From contig JBBSQY010000018.1 in assembly GCA_038243585.1 (NCBI GenBank), positions 1-59,832 on the forward strand: DNA of 59,832 nt, in the 5' to 3' direction. Each line of letters opens with the position of its first letter. Position 1 is the stretch's first letter. This stretch comes from Candidatus Sumerlaeales bacterium. Lineage in GTDB: Bacteria > Sumerlaeota > Sumerlaeia > Sumerlaeales > Sumerlaeaceae. The notes beneath the pieces are model-generated. The model was not told the origin of the DNA, ran no database searches, and saw only the letters and a list, made by a program, of their open reading frames with translations. A program made the position numbers and the translations under genes. Positions 1-9,510 of this stretch are shown here, in pieces.

Positions 1-654
1 GAACTTACTGGAGATGCAGGCACCGAACGCATTCCTTGTCGCACCGTGTTGTGGGCGGCGGGCAATAAGGCGTCACCGCTCGGAAAACTTCTGGCAGAAC
101 AGCTCGCCTCAGAAACTGATCGCGCTGGTAGGGTTATGGTCGATAAGAATCTAAACGTGCCCGGCCATCCAGAAATTTTTGTAGTGGGGGATTTGGCTCA
201 TTACGCCGGCGACGATGGTAAACCCTTGCCAGGCGTAGCCCCGGTGGCGATGCAACAAGGAAAATATGTGGCGAATAACATTAGCGATCAGCTCAAAGGG
301 CGAGCCGTAAAACCATATAAATACTTTAACAAGGGATCTCTTGCGGTTGTCGGCCGCAACCGAGCCATTGCCGAGCGAGGAAAGATTAAGCTGTCCGGAT
401 GGTTCGCCTGGTTGATGTGGGCCTTCATCCACATCGCGTATCTAATCGAGTTCCAAAGCCGGATCGTAGTTATGTTCCGCTGGGCTGTGAACTATCTTAC
501 GCGTCAGCGTGGAGCCCGGTTAATTACAGGTGAGGGCCTGACGCATCCGCAAATAGCAGAACCAAGCGGCGTCCATCCACCCCCTGATCCCGATCCTCCC
601 TCCACCGAGCCCAACCCGTCCCTGCCGGAGGACCCCGCAAGACATACATTGTAA
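1..654 (+). CDS. ndh: Type II NADH:quinone oxidoreductase, C-terminal part (5' end outside window)
   Basis: Frame open from base 1 (ELTGDAGTERIPCRTVLWAAG); motifs IFVVGDLA, LPGVAPVAMQQG, KGSLAVVGR, AWLMWAFIHIAYL; Pro-rich tail. Confidence 0.9.
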   Translation, partial: ELTGDAGTERIPCRTVLWAAGNKASPLGKLLAEQLASETDRAGRVMVDKNLNVPGHPEIFVVGDLAHYAGDDGKPLPGVAPVAMQQGKYVANNISDQLKGRAVKPYKYFNKGSLAVVGRNRAIAERGKIKLSGWFAWLMWAFIHIAYLIEFQSRIVVMFRWAVNYLTRQRGARLITGEGLTHPQIAEPSGVHPPPDPDPPSTEPNPSLPEDPARHTL

Positions 655-753
655 GCTGTTTGCGGGAAGGCTAAGTTGGGAAATGAACTGCTGAAACCAA
701 ATTCTAAACTGATAAACTCAATTTGCCAGCGCGATCTAGGCGCCCGAAGCTTC

Positions 754-1782
754 TCAAGTTTTCAATTTGAGATCATCAGCCAGTGACGGTGCGTGGTGTC
801 CATCGCGTCCTGTAGTTGCATCCGCCATAAGCATGGAGTTAAGCACCGCCTCCTGCGTACAGTCAGCAGCCGCCGAAAATAACGCATCGATACGATTTTC
901 ATTAAGCATCTGACCCGGAATAAGATCCCGATTTTCCTCATGGTGGATTCGTAAGCCGGTAGAAAAGCTGACAATAACATCCCCGCTCCCGTGTCCCCAG
1001 ACAGAGCCAAGCCGCGCCAGGCCCGCGCCGCAGCGCATACTCACTCGACGCAGTTGACGATGATCCAACGGGATATTCGTAGCCATTACAATAATAATAG
1101 ACCCTTCGTCTTTCTCCCCTGGATTCGGACGCGATGCTGTCGATCCCACAGGAAGAATTAAATCTGTGGAGCTGCCAAAATTAGATAGTACGAGAATGCC
1201 CAGGGCATAATTTTTCCCATCAAGCGGAATCAGCCGGGAAGAGGTGCCAATGCCGCCTTTAAATCCAAAGCACCGCATACCCGTCCCCGCGCCCACGGCT
1301 CCCTGCGTCACGGTCATATCGCACGCGTTGTTCAGCGCTGCCAACGCGTCATCTTCCGTAACGGCCATCGCCTGAAGATCATTCAACCACCCGTCATTGC
1401 ACTCGCACACCACCGCGTTCACAGTCGACGTTTTTCGCCCTATCCCGGGGTTTTGCGCGATCGCCTGGCGGATCAGCGTGTTCGCGCAGGTCCCCACGCC
1501 AAACGTATTGGTCAGCAGAATAGGAGTTTCAATAGATCCAAGTTCCTCGACCTGCATCAGCCCAACGCTTTTTCCAAATCCGTTAATTACATGAACCGCC
1601 GCCGGCACTTTTTCCAGAAAGAGATTGCCGCCATGAGGAATCACAGCCGTCACCCCGGTCAAAAGCGCTCCGCGCCGTATAGTCTGGTGTCCAACCAAGA
1701 CGCCAGGCACATCCGTAATAGAATTACGAGCTCCAGAAACTTGGTCGGACGGTATCAATTTAAAGTCGCGAGCCGTAGGCAT
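754..1782 (-). CDS. dmpA: DmpA/P1 family aminopeptidase (peptidase S58)
   Basis: NSITDVPGVLVGH, NGFGKSVG, ETPILLTNT, ECNDG, GAVGAGTG, KGGIGTSSR, GSIII autocleavage site, HGSGD. Confidence 0.85.
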   Translation of the reverse strand: MPTARDFKLIPSDQVSGARNSITDVPGVLVGHQTIRRGALLTGVTAVIPHGGNLFLEKVPAAVHVINGFGKSVGLMQVEELGSIETPILLTNTFGVGTCANTLIRQAIAQNPGIGRKTSTVNAVVCECNDGWLNDLQAMAVTEDDALAALNNACDMTVTQGAVGAGTGMRCFGFKGGIGTSSRLIPLDGKNYALGILVLSNFGSSTDLILPVGSTASRPNPGEKDEGSIIIVMATNIPLDHRQLRRVSMRCGAGLARLGSVWGHGSGDVIVSFSTGLRIHHEENRDLIPGQMLNENRIDALFSAAADCTQEAVLNSMLMADATTGRDGHHAPSLADDLKLKT

Positions 1783-1814
1783 AATGCGCGTTCTCCAAGA
1801 GGAAAGAAGGGGAG

Positions 1815-1890
1815 TGGTGGGCCATCAGGGACTCGAACCCTAAACCAACAGATTAAGAGTCTGCTGCTCTACCAATTGAGCTAATGGCCC
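1815..1890 (-). tRNA. tRNA-Lys(CTT)
   Basis: Reverse complement GGGCCATTAGCTCAATTGGTAGAGCAGCAGACTCTTAATCTGTTGGTTTAGGGTTCGAGTCCCTGATGGCCCACCA; 76-nt cloverleaf, encoded CCA. Confidence 0.97.
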
Positions 1891-1961
1891 GCTCCAAACA
1901 CGCTCGCTGAGCGCGTCCGTTATTACATGATGTTTATTGGTTTATTTCCGTGCGCGCCGAT

Positions 1962-3251
1962 TTACTGCGGCGTGCTGACCGGAGCTGTCTTGCTGCATAA
2001 CTCCGCAAATTCTGAACCCCGCCCCGTCAGCTCCACTACACGCTGAATTACGTTGCCAACCGCCAGATTCGGCGTGCTGGCACCTGCGGTAAAACCTATT
2101 TTTAATGGCAAAGGGGCCAACCAGTCACTGGCGATTGACACCTCGTGGCTGTCGCAGGGCTGATGGTGGAGTTCCGTGGCAGAGACGATATGGCTCACGT
2201 CTTCAATGTGGTACGCCTTGGTATGCTGCGTCGCAATTTCAATAAGGTGCGTAGTGTTCGAGCTATTGAACCCACCCACCACCAGGATAAGGTCCAGATT
2301 CCTTTTAACCATTTCCTGGACGGCATCCTGACGCTCCTGGGTTGCGGAGCAGATCGTGTCGAAGCTGCGGAAATGCTGTTCAATCTCCTCAGCGCCGTAC
2401 CGTGCAATCATAGAGCGCTTCAACATGTCACCAATCTCCAGCGACTCGCTGCTTAGCATGGTTGTCTGGTTTGCCACGCCGACTTTCGACAGATGCACTG
2501 CGGGATCAAAGTTTTCTGAAACAGCCTTAACAAAGGTTGTGGATATCAGGTCGGCAGAGACCCGTCCCTCAATAAAATCGCAAACCAGTTGCCCCTCAGC
2601 CTTGTCGCGCACTATGATGTAATGCCCATCTTCAAACTGCGTTACACGGCTGCTCGTACCGATTGTTTCCTCATGGCTATACTTCCCGTGGATGACAGCC
2701 GTAAAACCTTCGCGAGCGTATTTCTCAACCCGTTTCCAGACATGAATCACAGAACCGCACGTGGTATCCACCAAAGTGCAGCCTCGCTGCCGCAGCAGTT
2801 CCACCTCACTAACGCTTGCGCCAAAGGCCGGTAAAAGGACCACATCGTCCGGCCGCACGTGATCATAGCCCAACCCGCTACTGTACTGGCCCGTCAGAAA
2901 CTCAATACCCATATCCATCAACTTGTAATTCACCCGCGGGTTATGGATGATTTCAGTGGTCAGAAATATGCGCCGATCCGGAAACATCTTACGGGTTTGG
3001 TAGGCATAGTCGATAGCCTTGTCCACTCCATAACAAAAGCCAAATTCCCGCGCAAGATAAAGGTCCAGAGAATCCACATGAATCTCATACTCATGCAGGC
3101 GAAAGCAATCGACAATATCACTCATATAGTCTGTAGCAATATCGCCGGACACATCCCCTTTAAGGCCAAAGCCGTGGCGATATATACCAGTAGCCGCATC
3201 GGCCTTGCCAATGGGGCTTCTGCTTGATTGCGTTTTCTGTTCGATAGCCAT
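1962..3251 (-). CDS. ispH: 4-hydroxy-3-methylbut-2-enyl diphosphate reductase (long cyanobacterial/plant-like form)
   Basis: FGFCYGV, EIIHNP, VDTTC, HEET, NQTT, DTICSATQERQ, GGFNSSNT, TAGASTP. Confidence 0.95.
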   Translation of the reverse strand: MAIEQKTQSSRSPIGKADAATGIYRHGFGLKGDVSGDIATDYMSDIVDCFRLHEYEIHVDSLDLYLAREFGFCYGVDKAIDYAYQTRKMFPDRRIFLTTEIIHNPRVNYKLMDMGIEFLTGQYSSGLGYDHVRPDDVVLLPAFGASVSEVELLRQRGCTLVDTTCGSVIHVWKRVEKYAREGFTAVIHGKYSHEETIGTSSRVTQFEDGHYIIVRDKAEGQLVCDFIEGRVSADLISTTFVKAVSENFDPAVHLSKVGVANQTTMLSSESLEIGDMLKRSMIARYGAEEIEQHFRSFDTICSATQERQDAVQEMVKRNLDLILVVGGFNSSNTTHLIEIATQHTKAYHIEDVSHIVSATELHHQPCDSHEVSIASDWLAPLPLKIGFTAGASTPNLAVGNVIQRVVELTGRGSEFAELCSKTAPVSTPQ

Positions 3252-3299
3252 AGTGTTAAGTTATACTCAAAAGCCTTAAAATTCGACTTCAAAATGGAA

Positions 3300-3342
3300 A
3301 TTTGCGCGGCCAGGATTTTTAAAAATTAATGACCGCGCAAAT
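3300..3342 (-). terminator. Probable intrinsic terminator after the pilin-like gene
   Basis: Inverted repeat ATTTGCGCGG...CCGCGCAAAT (stem extends with a G-U pair on the - strand), followed by TTCCATTTT. Confidence 0.55.
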
Positions 3343-3372
3343 AAGTCTAATCGTTTAATAAAACCACGATTG

Positions 3373-4098
3373 CTAAAGGTTTACTTCTCCCGTGACGCGA
3401 TTGTAAGTCGGTTTCATCCCGCCATACAAAGTGCCTACGCCACCGACCCTTACCACGTCGCCTGCAGATAATGTTCCGTTGGTAGCGTCGTAGTCACATC
3501 CACCTTGTTTTGCATCCGCTGACGATCCAGTATTGCTGCCGCCAAAGCAATTTCTTCGGTCGGGACCACAGCTAACAATGTGATAGCCGCCACCTGAACA
3601 AATGGATGCGCCACGAAAATCAGTAGGCCTGTTATTGGCAGGACTTAAGGTACGGGAATCCACATAATCGTAGCAGTCATATACTGCTAGTAGTGTCCTT
3701 CCGTCTGGAGCTAATGCTTTACCTGAATTCGCCGGTATAAACGGGTCCCTATAGATTGTTGTCAGATAAGCAATTGGAGTTGTTATCCAAATAAACCGCG
3801 CACTTATACCCGCTTCACCTGGCAAAAACACACTTGCGCCATTAATACCATCACCAGGTGCGGAGCCACCCATAATTGGAGAAGTCGGAGCAAAAATAGA
3901 CGGGTATTTATTGTTGTCAATTCGATAGGTTTCAATTCCTGTCGCGTATGTTCTTAAATCGGCTTGAACTCTACTAACTTTTGCTCGGGTTTGTGCCTCC
4001 AGAAAATTTGGGACGGCAATTGCCGCAAGTATGGCGATAATGGCTACTACGATGAGCAGCTCGATAAGAGTAAATCCGTATTTTCTCATGTGGGGCAC
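3373..4098 (-). CDS. Prepilin-type N-terminal cleavage/methylation protein (type IV pilin / GspG-like)
   Basis: RKYG|FTLIELLIVVAIIAILAAIAVPNFLEAQTRAKVSR class III signal; C-terminal YDATNGTLSAGD; start may be the ATG at 4089. Confidence 0.85.
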   Translation of the reverse strand: MPHMRKYGFTLIELLIVVAIIAILAAIAVPNFLEAQTRAKVSRVQADLRTYATGIETYRIDNNKYPSIFAPTSPIMGGSAPGDGINGASVFLPGEAGISARFIWITTPIAYLTTIYRDPFIPANSGKALAPDGRTLLAVYDCYDYVDSRTLSPANNRPTDFRGASICSGGGYHIVSCGPDRRNCFGGSNTGSSADAKQGGCDYDATNGTLSAGDVVRVGGVGTLYGGMKPTYNRVTGEVNL

Positions 4099-4172
4099 TC
4101 CTTTCCTTTAGAATAGGTCAAACTGATCACAGACCTTAAAGAAATTGCAAGAGTTACTTACGGAACACCGTC

Positions 4173-4646
4173 TTACGCACAAACGTCGACCCACGACCTG
4201 CATCCAACCTGCTCAGTTGTCTCCAAAAATTCCAAAGGTGCAGGCAATGGCTGTATCTCTAATTCAATAATATAAAGCGCCCTCTCCGGCTTGTACTCCA
4301 GCCGCATCTGCACAAAATCATTGTTCCATATATGGCGCTCCTCAAACGGGAGCGCCTCATCTATCGTTTGTATCAAATGATGTCGCACAACCACGGCACG
4401 GCTTCTGACACTAACGACTTGGCCCCTTTGCTCCGCCAGCGTCCCCTCCAATAGCGGAAGAAACCGCGGTTTTAGAAACTGTGGCTTTTGGTGTTCCCGC
4501 GCCGGGTAAAGCAGGAAGTCAGAGTGCGAAAGTTTAAAGTTTCCCTCCGGCTCCTGGATGCCACCTTTTCTTAAAATAACATCCTGAAGCCCTGCTTCCA
4601 TGGCACGCACAGCCACAGCCCATTCTTTAAGCGCAATCTGGTTCAT
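4173..4646 (-). CDS. DUF1802 family protein
   Basis: ALKEWA, ILRKGGIQE, FLLYPAREHQ, GCRSWV. Confidence 0.8.
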   Translation of the reverse strand: MNQIALKEWAVAVRAMEAGLQDVILRKGGIQEPEGNFKLSHSDFLLYPAREHQKPQFLKPRFLPLLEGTLAEQRGQVVSVRSRAVVVRHHLIQTIDEALPFEERHIWNNDFVQMRLEYKPERALYIIELEIQPLPAPLEFLETTEQVGCRSWVDVCA

Positions 4647-4680
4647 AAAAAGAAATGACCCTCCATAAGGAGAGTCATTC
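4647..4680 (-). terminator. Intrinsic terminator after metK
   Basis: - strand AATGACTCTCC-TTAT-GGAGGGTCATT followed by TCTTTTT. Confidence 0.75.
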
Positions 4681-4711
4681 TCAACGGTCTAAATCTTAGT
4701 TAATTCTGATG

Positions 4712-5845
4712 TTATTTTAGCGCGTCTGCCCGGTCCGTCTGTTCCCAGGTAAATCCGTCACCCCGGCGTCCAAAATGGCCATAAGCAGCCGTGTCTTTGT
4801 AGACAGGACGCTTCAGCTTCAGCGTTGATATAATCCCTTTAGGGGACAGATCGAAATTCTTTTCTACAAGGTCCGTCAAATCCTGATCACTGACTTTACC
4901 TGTTCCAAACGAATCCACGTAGATGGAAACCGGCTTCGCCACACCAATGGCGTAAGCCACCTGCACCTCACAGCGCTCTGCCAGGCCAGCTGCTACGATG
5001 TTTTTAGCGACCCACCGCGCCGCATAAGCCGCGCTACGGTCTACTTTGCTCGGATCTTTGCCACTAAATGCGCCGCCACCGTGACGACCCATGCCACCGT
5101 ATGTATCCACGATAATCTTCCGACCCGTAAGGCCGGTATCACCATGAGGCCCGCCAACCACGAAGCGTCCCGTAGGATTTACGTGAAGGATGATGTCGGA
5201 AGTCGAGTAACCAAGGTGATCTCCCACCTGCGGAATCACGTGCTTAAGCAAGTCAGCCTTAATCTGTTCGGTTTCAACGTCCTCGCTGTGCTGCGTAGAA
5301 ATGACGATTGTATGAACACGCTTTGGCTTGTTGTCCTCGTACTCCACCGTTACCTGGCTTTTCGAGTCCGGGCGCAGGTAGGGCAGCGTGCCTGAGTGGC
5401 GAAGGTCCGCCAGCGTCTTTAAAAGCTGGTGCGACATCGTTATAGGGAGTGGCATAAGCTCCGGGGTTTCGTTACAGGCATAACCAAACATCATGCCCTG
5501 ATCGCCCGCTCCGTCGGTGTCCACGCCCATCGCTATATCAGCTGATTGGCGGTCAAGAGAGATCATCACGCCGCAGGATTTCCCGTTGATCCCCATGTCG
5601 TCGCTCGTGTAACCAATATCCAGCAAAGTCTTGCGGGCCAGGGAATTGTAGTCAATATTGGCGCTTGTCGTGATTTCCCCAGCGACGACTACAAGTCCAG
5701 TAGTGGCCATGCACTCACAAGCCACGCGGCTGTTCGGATCCTGCTCCAGCAAGGCATCAAGAATCGCGTCGCTGAGTTGGTCGCACACCTTGTCAGGATG
5801 CCCTTCCGATACGCTTTCAGAAGTAAAAAGGACACGCTTTGCCAT
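4712..5845 (-). CDS. metK: S-adenosylmethionine synthetase
   Basis: [47 protein letters not shown]. Confidence 0.98.
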   Translation of the reverse strand: MAKRVLFTSESVSEGHPDKVCDQLSDAILDALLEQDPNSRVACECMATTGLVVVAGEITTSANIDYNSLARKTLLDIGYTSDDMGINGKSCGVMISLDRQSADIAMGVDTDGAGDQGMMFGYACNETPELMPLPITMSHQLLKTLADLRHSGTLPYLRPDSKSQVTVEYEDNKPKRVHTIVISTQHSEDVETEQIKADLLKHVIPQVGDHLGYSTSDIILHVNPTGRFVVGGPHGDTGLTGRKIIVDTYGGMGRHGGGAFSGKDPSKVDRSAAYAARWVAKNIVAAGLAERCEVQVAYAIGVAKPVSIYVDSFGTGKVSDQDLTDLVEKNFDLSPKGIISTLKLKRPVYKDTAAYGHFGRRGDGFTWEQTDRADALK

Positions 5846-6188
5846 GGTTTGTAAGTTGCTCCCTGGATATTATTGTATGAAACCGAGGCACCTCGCGGGG
5901 ATGCGCCCGTGCGGAATGCAATGAAAGAGGGAAAGTATTCGTGGCAGGAATTAGGAAATAGTACTGCGGCTAAACAATGGGGCACTTGCAAACTGCTGGG
6001 TTAGTCGGTGCAGGTTCTTACGGGAAATTAGCATTATTTTTTTTATTAATATTCCCCGGTTTGAGGGCTGAGGTGAGTTAGAAATCAATGGTTTATAGCT
6101 ACAAAAGGCCTGCTGCCTTAAGAGCGCGGGCATAGATGTCGAGAATGACAGGTTCTTTATTTTTATTGTATGCCATAATGGATCAAAG

Positions 6189-6392
6189 TTATAACTTTTT
6201 TTTTGAGGCTAGTTTCTTCCAGTAGTCAGTGTCAGAGCGGATATCGTAGGCCGGTTTAGTTGGCAACTTACCCTAAAGCCAGGCCGTCGTCATGCTTCGG
6301 CGGCTCTCCAGGATGAAACTTCGCAGTTCAGAAATCGTTCTTAGCCTCCGTTCTGCTTCTTTTCCCCTTGCCGGACCACGCATATAATCCAT
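6189..6392 (-). pseudogene. Small partner ORF downstream of the nucleotidyltransferase, with an in-frame TAG at 6273-6275
   Basis: ATG overlaps the upstream stop (TAATG) behind GAGGGGAG; MDYMRGPARGKEAERRLRTISELRSFILESRRSMTTAWL*GKLPTKPAYDIRSDTDYWKKLASKKKL*. Confidence 0.5.
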
Positions 6393-6846
6393 TATAGGTC
6401 TCCCCTCAGCAGTTTTTCAAGACCCTCTATGTCTGATCTATCCTTATTAGACATTCGCCCCTTTTTCAGGTCGATTAGCGTCTGAGGATCAGCCAATGTA
6501 ATTACTTGATCAGCCAGTTCGAATGAATACGATTTTTGAAATGCGTCCTTGAATGGCCCATCAGCGAGTAAAAAATCCAAAACAAGAGTGTCTGCATCTT
6601 CAATTTTGACAAGGCGGCGAGTCCGAATATTTTTAAAGTCCAATGCCCCGCCGAGATCGTTATACCCTATTTTTTGAGTACATCTTCACATCTGGGCCAG
6701 TCGTCTGGGTTGATCATCAGATCAATATCCTCAGTGGCTCGAGCCTCCACATGAAGGGAGTAAGCCAAGCCGCCGACAAGCAAATACGGAATTTTTGCAG
6801 AATCAAGCTCTGTAATAATTCTTATTAGTTCCTGAAATAAATTCAT
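6392..6846 (-). pseudogene. Minimal nucleotidyltransferase (Pol-beta fold, TA/AbiEii-like), frameshifted at an A6 run
   Basis: ATG at 6846 gives MNLFQELIRIITELDSAKIPYLLVGGLAYSLHVEARATEDIDL...VLKK* (GG and DxD motifs). One extra A at 6670-6675 joins it to the 6392..6643 ORF ending LKK..KDRSDIEGL. Confidence 0.8.
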
Positions 6847-6850
6847 CGAC

Positions 6851-8332
6851 TTAGTCCGTCGCGCTGCCGCGCACCGGTGGTTTACCGAAAAACAAATCCT
6901 TCAGCGTGAGTAGACCGAGTTTCACATACTGAAAAAATTCCCTTGGAGACCTCGCTTTTGATAGCGTCTTCCAAATATATCTTGGTTGAAGATAAATCCT
7001 GCGAAGGCTCTTTCGCCGGTAGTCCGCCAATTCGGCCTGCGTAAGAAAAAGCCCGCCCATAGCCGGATGAGCATACGCCTCAAGCGGCACTTCTCCCGGT
7101 TGGATCAGCCCCTCCGCCGTCGCGATACGGTGCAGTTCCGTCCCAGGGAACGGATAGCTGTAAAAGATTTCAACAAAATCTGGTTTCATCTCCTGGGCCA
7201 GCTTGACGTTGTCGTCCAGCGTCTGCGGCGTATCCCAGGGAAGACCCATAAGCAGATAGATGCTGCTGCGAATTCCGGCCTCGCGGCAAAGTTTCACTGC
7301 CTCCCGCGCCTGGTCTACGGTCGCTTTCTTCTTAATCTTTTCCAGAATCTCAGCATTGCCGCTTTCCACTCCAAACGCAATAATCCAGCAGCCCGCTTTC
7401 TTCATCCAGTCCAGCATCTCGCGGTTGAGGCAATCCACCCGGCTATTACTGGCCCACTCGATATCCAGACCGCGCTCTACGATCTTCTGACAAAGTTCAA
7501 TAACCCACGTTTTGTTCTGTGTAAACAGATCGCTGCGAAACAGGAAGTTCCTAATTCCGTACTTGTTGACGCATTCTTCAATCTCGGCAAGAACGTTATC
7601 GGTTGATCTGTAACGATTTTTCTTTCCGGATACCAGCGGCGCCAGGCAGTAAATGCAGGAGTGCGGACAGCCGCGATTCGTAACAATAGTCGTCTGCGAC
7701 TCCATTGTATCCGGCCGGAAATAAAGCTTATTATTGGTCAGATGGCGCGCAGGAAACGGAATGGAATCCAAATCGTCAATAAATGGCCGTTCCGGGTTCC
7801 GTATAATTTCTCCGACGGGGGAGCGCCAGGTCAGTCCCAGAATTCCCTCCAAAGCCGCGCCCGTTCCCAACTCGGCGGAAGTCAGCTCATACTCGCCGCG
7901 AATCACACAATCTAATTCCGGATACTTTTCAAGGCTTTCCCGGTCAAGCACATGAAAATGGGCACCTTTCGCTACTGTCAGCACCTCCGGCTTCAAAGTT
8001 TTCGCGATCGCTGCGGCCTCAACGTCTTTATAAAGCGACGGAGTCGTGATTGACAACATCAGCACCTGGGGATCGAACGCCGTAAATTCTTTCCTGAATT
8101 CGTCCCAGCCTCGCGTCTCGCCTGGATAATCCACAAGCAAGCATTCACACCCTGCTGCTTCAACGGACGCGGCGGAATACATAAGGTCAGTGGGCGGGCG
8201 CAGCGCAATGGTTTTCATGTCCTCAATGGGCGTCTGACAGCGATCTTCCCGTATGTAGAGGCCGGTCGGTGGCACAATCAGCATAACACGCCGCCTGCTC
8301 GATGCGCCGTTAATATTTAATGTCTGAGTCAA
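6851..8332 (-). CDS. Cobalamin-binding radical SAM protein (class B / HpnJ-BchE-like)
   Basis: N-terminal B12-binding-like region (PPTDLMY, GAHFH, IRGEYE); RGCPHSCIYC CxxxCxxC; FGVESG, GLPWDT, PFPGT. Confidence 0.9.
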   Translation of the reverse strand: MTQTLNINGASSRRRVMLIVPPTGLYIREDRCQTPIEDMKTIALRPPTDLMYSAASVEAAGCECLLVDYPGETRGWDEFRKEFTAFDPQVLMLSITTPSLYKDVEAAAIAKTLKPEVLTVAKGAHFHVLDRESLEKYPELDCVIRGEYELTSAELGTGAALEGILGLTWRSPVGEIIRNPERPFIDDLDSIPFPARHLTNNKLYFRPDTMESQTTIVTNRGCPHSCIYCLAPLVSGKKNRYRSTDNVLAEIEECVNKYGIRNFLFRSDLFTQNKTWVIELCQKIVERGLDIEWASNSRVDCLNREMLDWMKKAGCWIIAFGVESGNAEILEKIKKKATVDQAREAVKLCREAGIRSSIYLLMGLPWDTPQTLDDNVKLAQEMKPDFVEIFYSYPFPGTELHRIATAEGLIQPGEVPLEAYAHPAMGGLFLTQAELADYRRKSLRRIYLQPRYIWKTLSKARSPREFFQYVKLGLLTLKDLFFGKPPVRGSATD

Positions 8333-8372
8333 TCCTCAACCGTCCCCCGCCCTGTATACAAATGATAAACGA

Positions 8373-9056
8373 CTACTTGTTAATAGTATGACTGCCGCAC
8401 AACGCCATAAACTCATTGCGGGTTTGTACGTTGCTTCTGAAATCACCCATCATGCAACTGGTCACTGTAGTGCAGGCCTGCTTTTCCACTCCTCGCATCA
8501 TCATACACAAATGAAAACCCTCCAGCACCACAGCCACGCCCCTAGGCTGCAAAATGTCATTGAGGCAATATGCGATCTGGTTAGTTAACCGCTCCTGCAA
8601 CTGCAGGCGCTTCGAAAACATATCCACTATACGCGGAATCTTGCTAAGACCAATCACCTTACCATCAGGTATATAACCTACATTGGCGATGCCATAAAAA
8701 GGAAGCATGTGATGCTCGCATAAACTATAAAAATGAATGTTTTTGATCGAAACTATTTCGTCGTAGTTTTCCGCAAAAATCGCATTGTTTACGATCTTCT
8801 CCACCGACATCGTATAGCCGGACGTCAGTGCTTCCAAAGCCTTGGCTGCCCGTAGAGGTGTCCGTAACAACCCTTCGCGATCCGGATCTTCCCCCATAAT
8901 TTCCAAGGTGCGACGTAGCATCGCTTCCATTTCAGTTAATCCGGGGGAAATGTCAGCCGCTCCATCCGCATTGCTTAAAACTAGTGAATCTGCTGTAGTC
9001 GTGGCGAAATTTTGATCCTCGTCACGAGGTGGCTTAATTTTAATTGGCTCGTTCAT
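8373..9056 (-). CDS. folE: GTP cyclohydrolase I
   Basis: REGLLRTPLR, SLCEHHMLPF, GLSKIPR, RLQLQERLT, HLCMMMRG. Confidence 0.97.
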   Translation of the reverse strand: MNEPIKIKPPRDEDQNFATTTADSLVLSNADGAADISPGLTEMEAMLRRTLEIMGEDPDREGLLRTPLRAAKALEALTSGYTMSVEKIVNNAIFAENYDEIVSIKNIHFYSLCEHHMLPFYGIANVGYIPDGKVIGLSKIPRIVDMFSKRLQLQERLTNQIAYCLNDILQPRGVAVVLEGFHLCMMMRGVEKQACTTVTSCMMGDFRSNVQTRNEFMALCGSHTINK

Positions 9057-9066
9057 TAGACCTTTA

Positions 9067-9510
9067 CTACTCCAATACCGAAAGCAGGTTGTTCATTGTA
9101 ATTCGGGGACCATAATACGTAATTACATTATTCCCACGTTCACCAACAGAAATGCTGTGCAGCTGACCCTCCACAATATGAGGCTCCAAAACTTCCCAAA
9201 ATTTAAAAGCCATATTCTCAGCAGTTGGCACCAGCCCCTTCATGAAATCAACATCCTCATTTAAATGGCGGTGGTCCACCTTATCGTGGATATGTTCGTC
9301 CACCAGCCGGGTCAACTCATAAAAGTTAATAACCATGCCCGTTTGCGGATCAATGTGTCCGGCTACAGCAACCTCTAAATCGTAATTGTGACCATGGCCA
9401 TTAGGATTAGAACACTTGCCGTAAACTCGCAGGTTTTCAGCGTCTGTTAGCTCCGGGCGATACAGGCGATGCGCCGCGCTAAAGGTCGTTTTCACTCGAA
9501 CCAGAAACAA
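9067..9510 (-). CDS. 6-pyruvoyl-tetrahydropterin synthase family (COG0720) with the Cx5HGH PTPS-II-type motif
   Basis: FSAAHRL, GKCSNPNGHGHNY, DHRHLN, PTAEN; likely TTG start at 9510 with GGAGG 8 nt upstream. Confidence 0.9.
   Translation of the reverse strand: MFLVRVKTTFSAAHRLYRPELTDAENLRVYGKCSNPNGHGHNYDLEVAVAGHIDPQTGMVINFYELTRLVDEHIHDKVDHRHLNEDVDFMKGLVPTAENMAFKFWEVLEPHIVEGQLHSISVGERGNNVITYYGPRITMNNLLSVLE

Noticed and set aside
6273..6275. Genome-wide TAG recoding as the explanation for the internal stop
   Set aside because: Several conserved genes here (trpF, trpB, nusB, folE) end correctly at TAG
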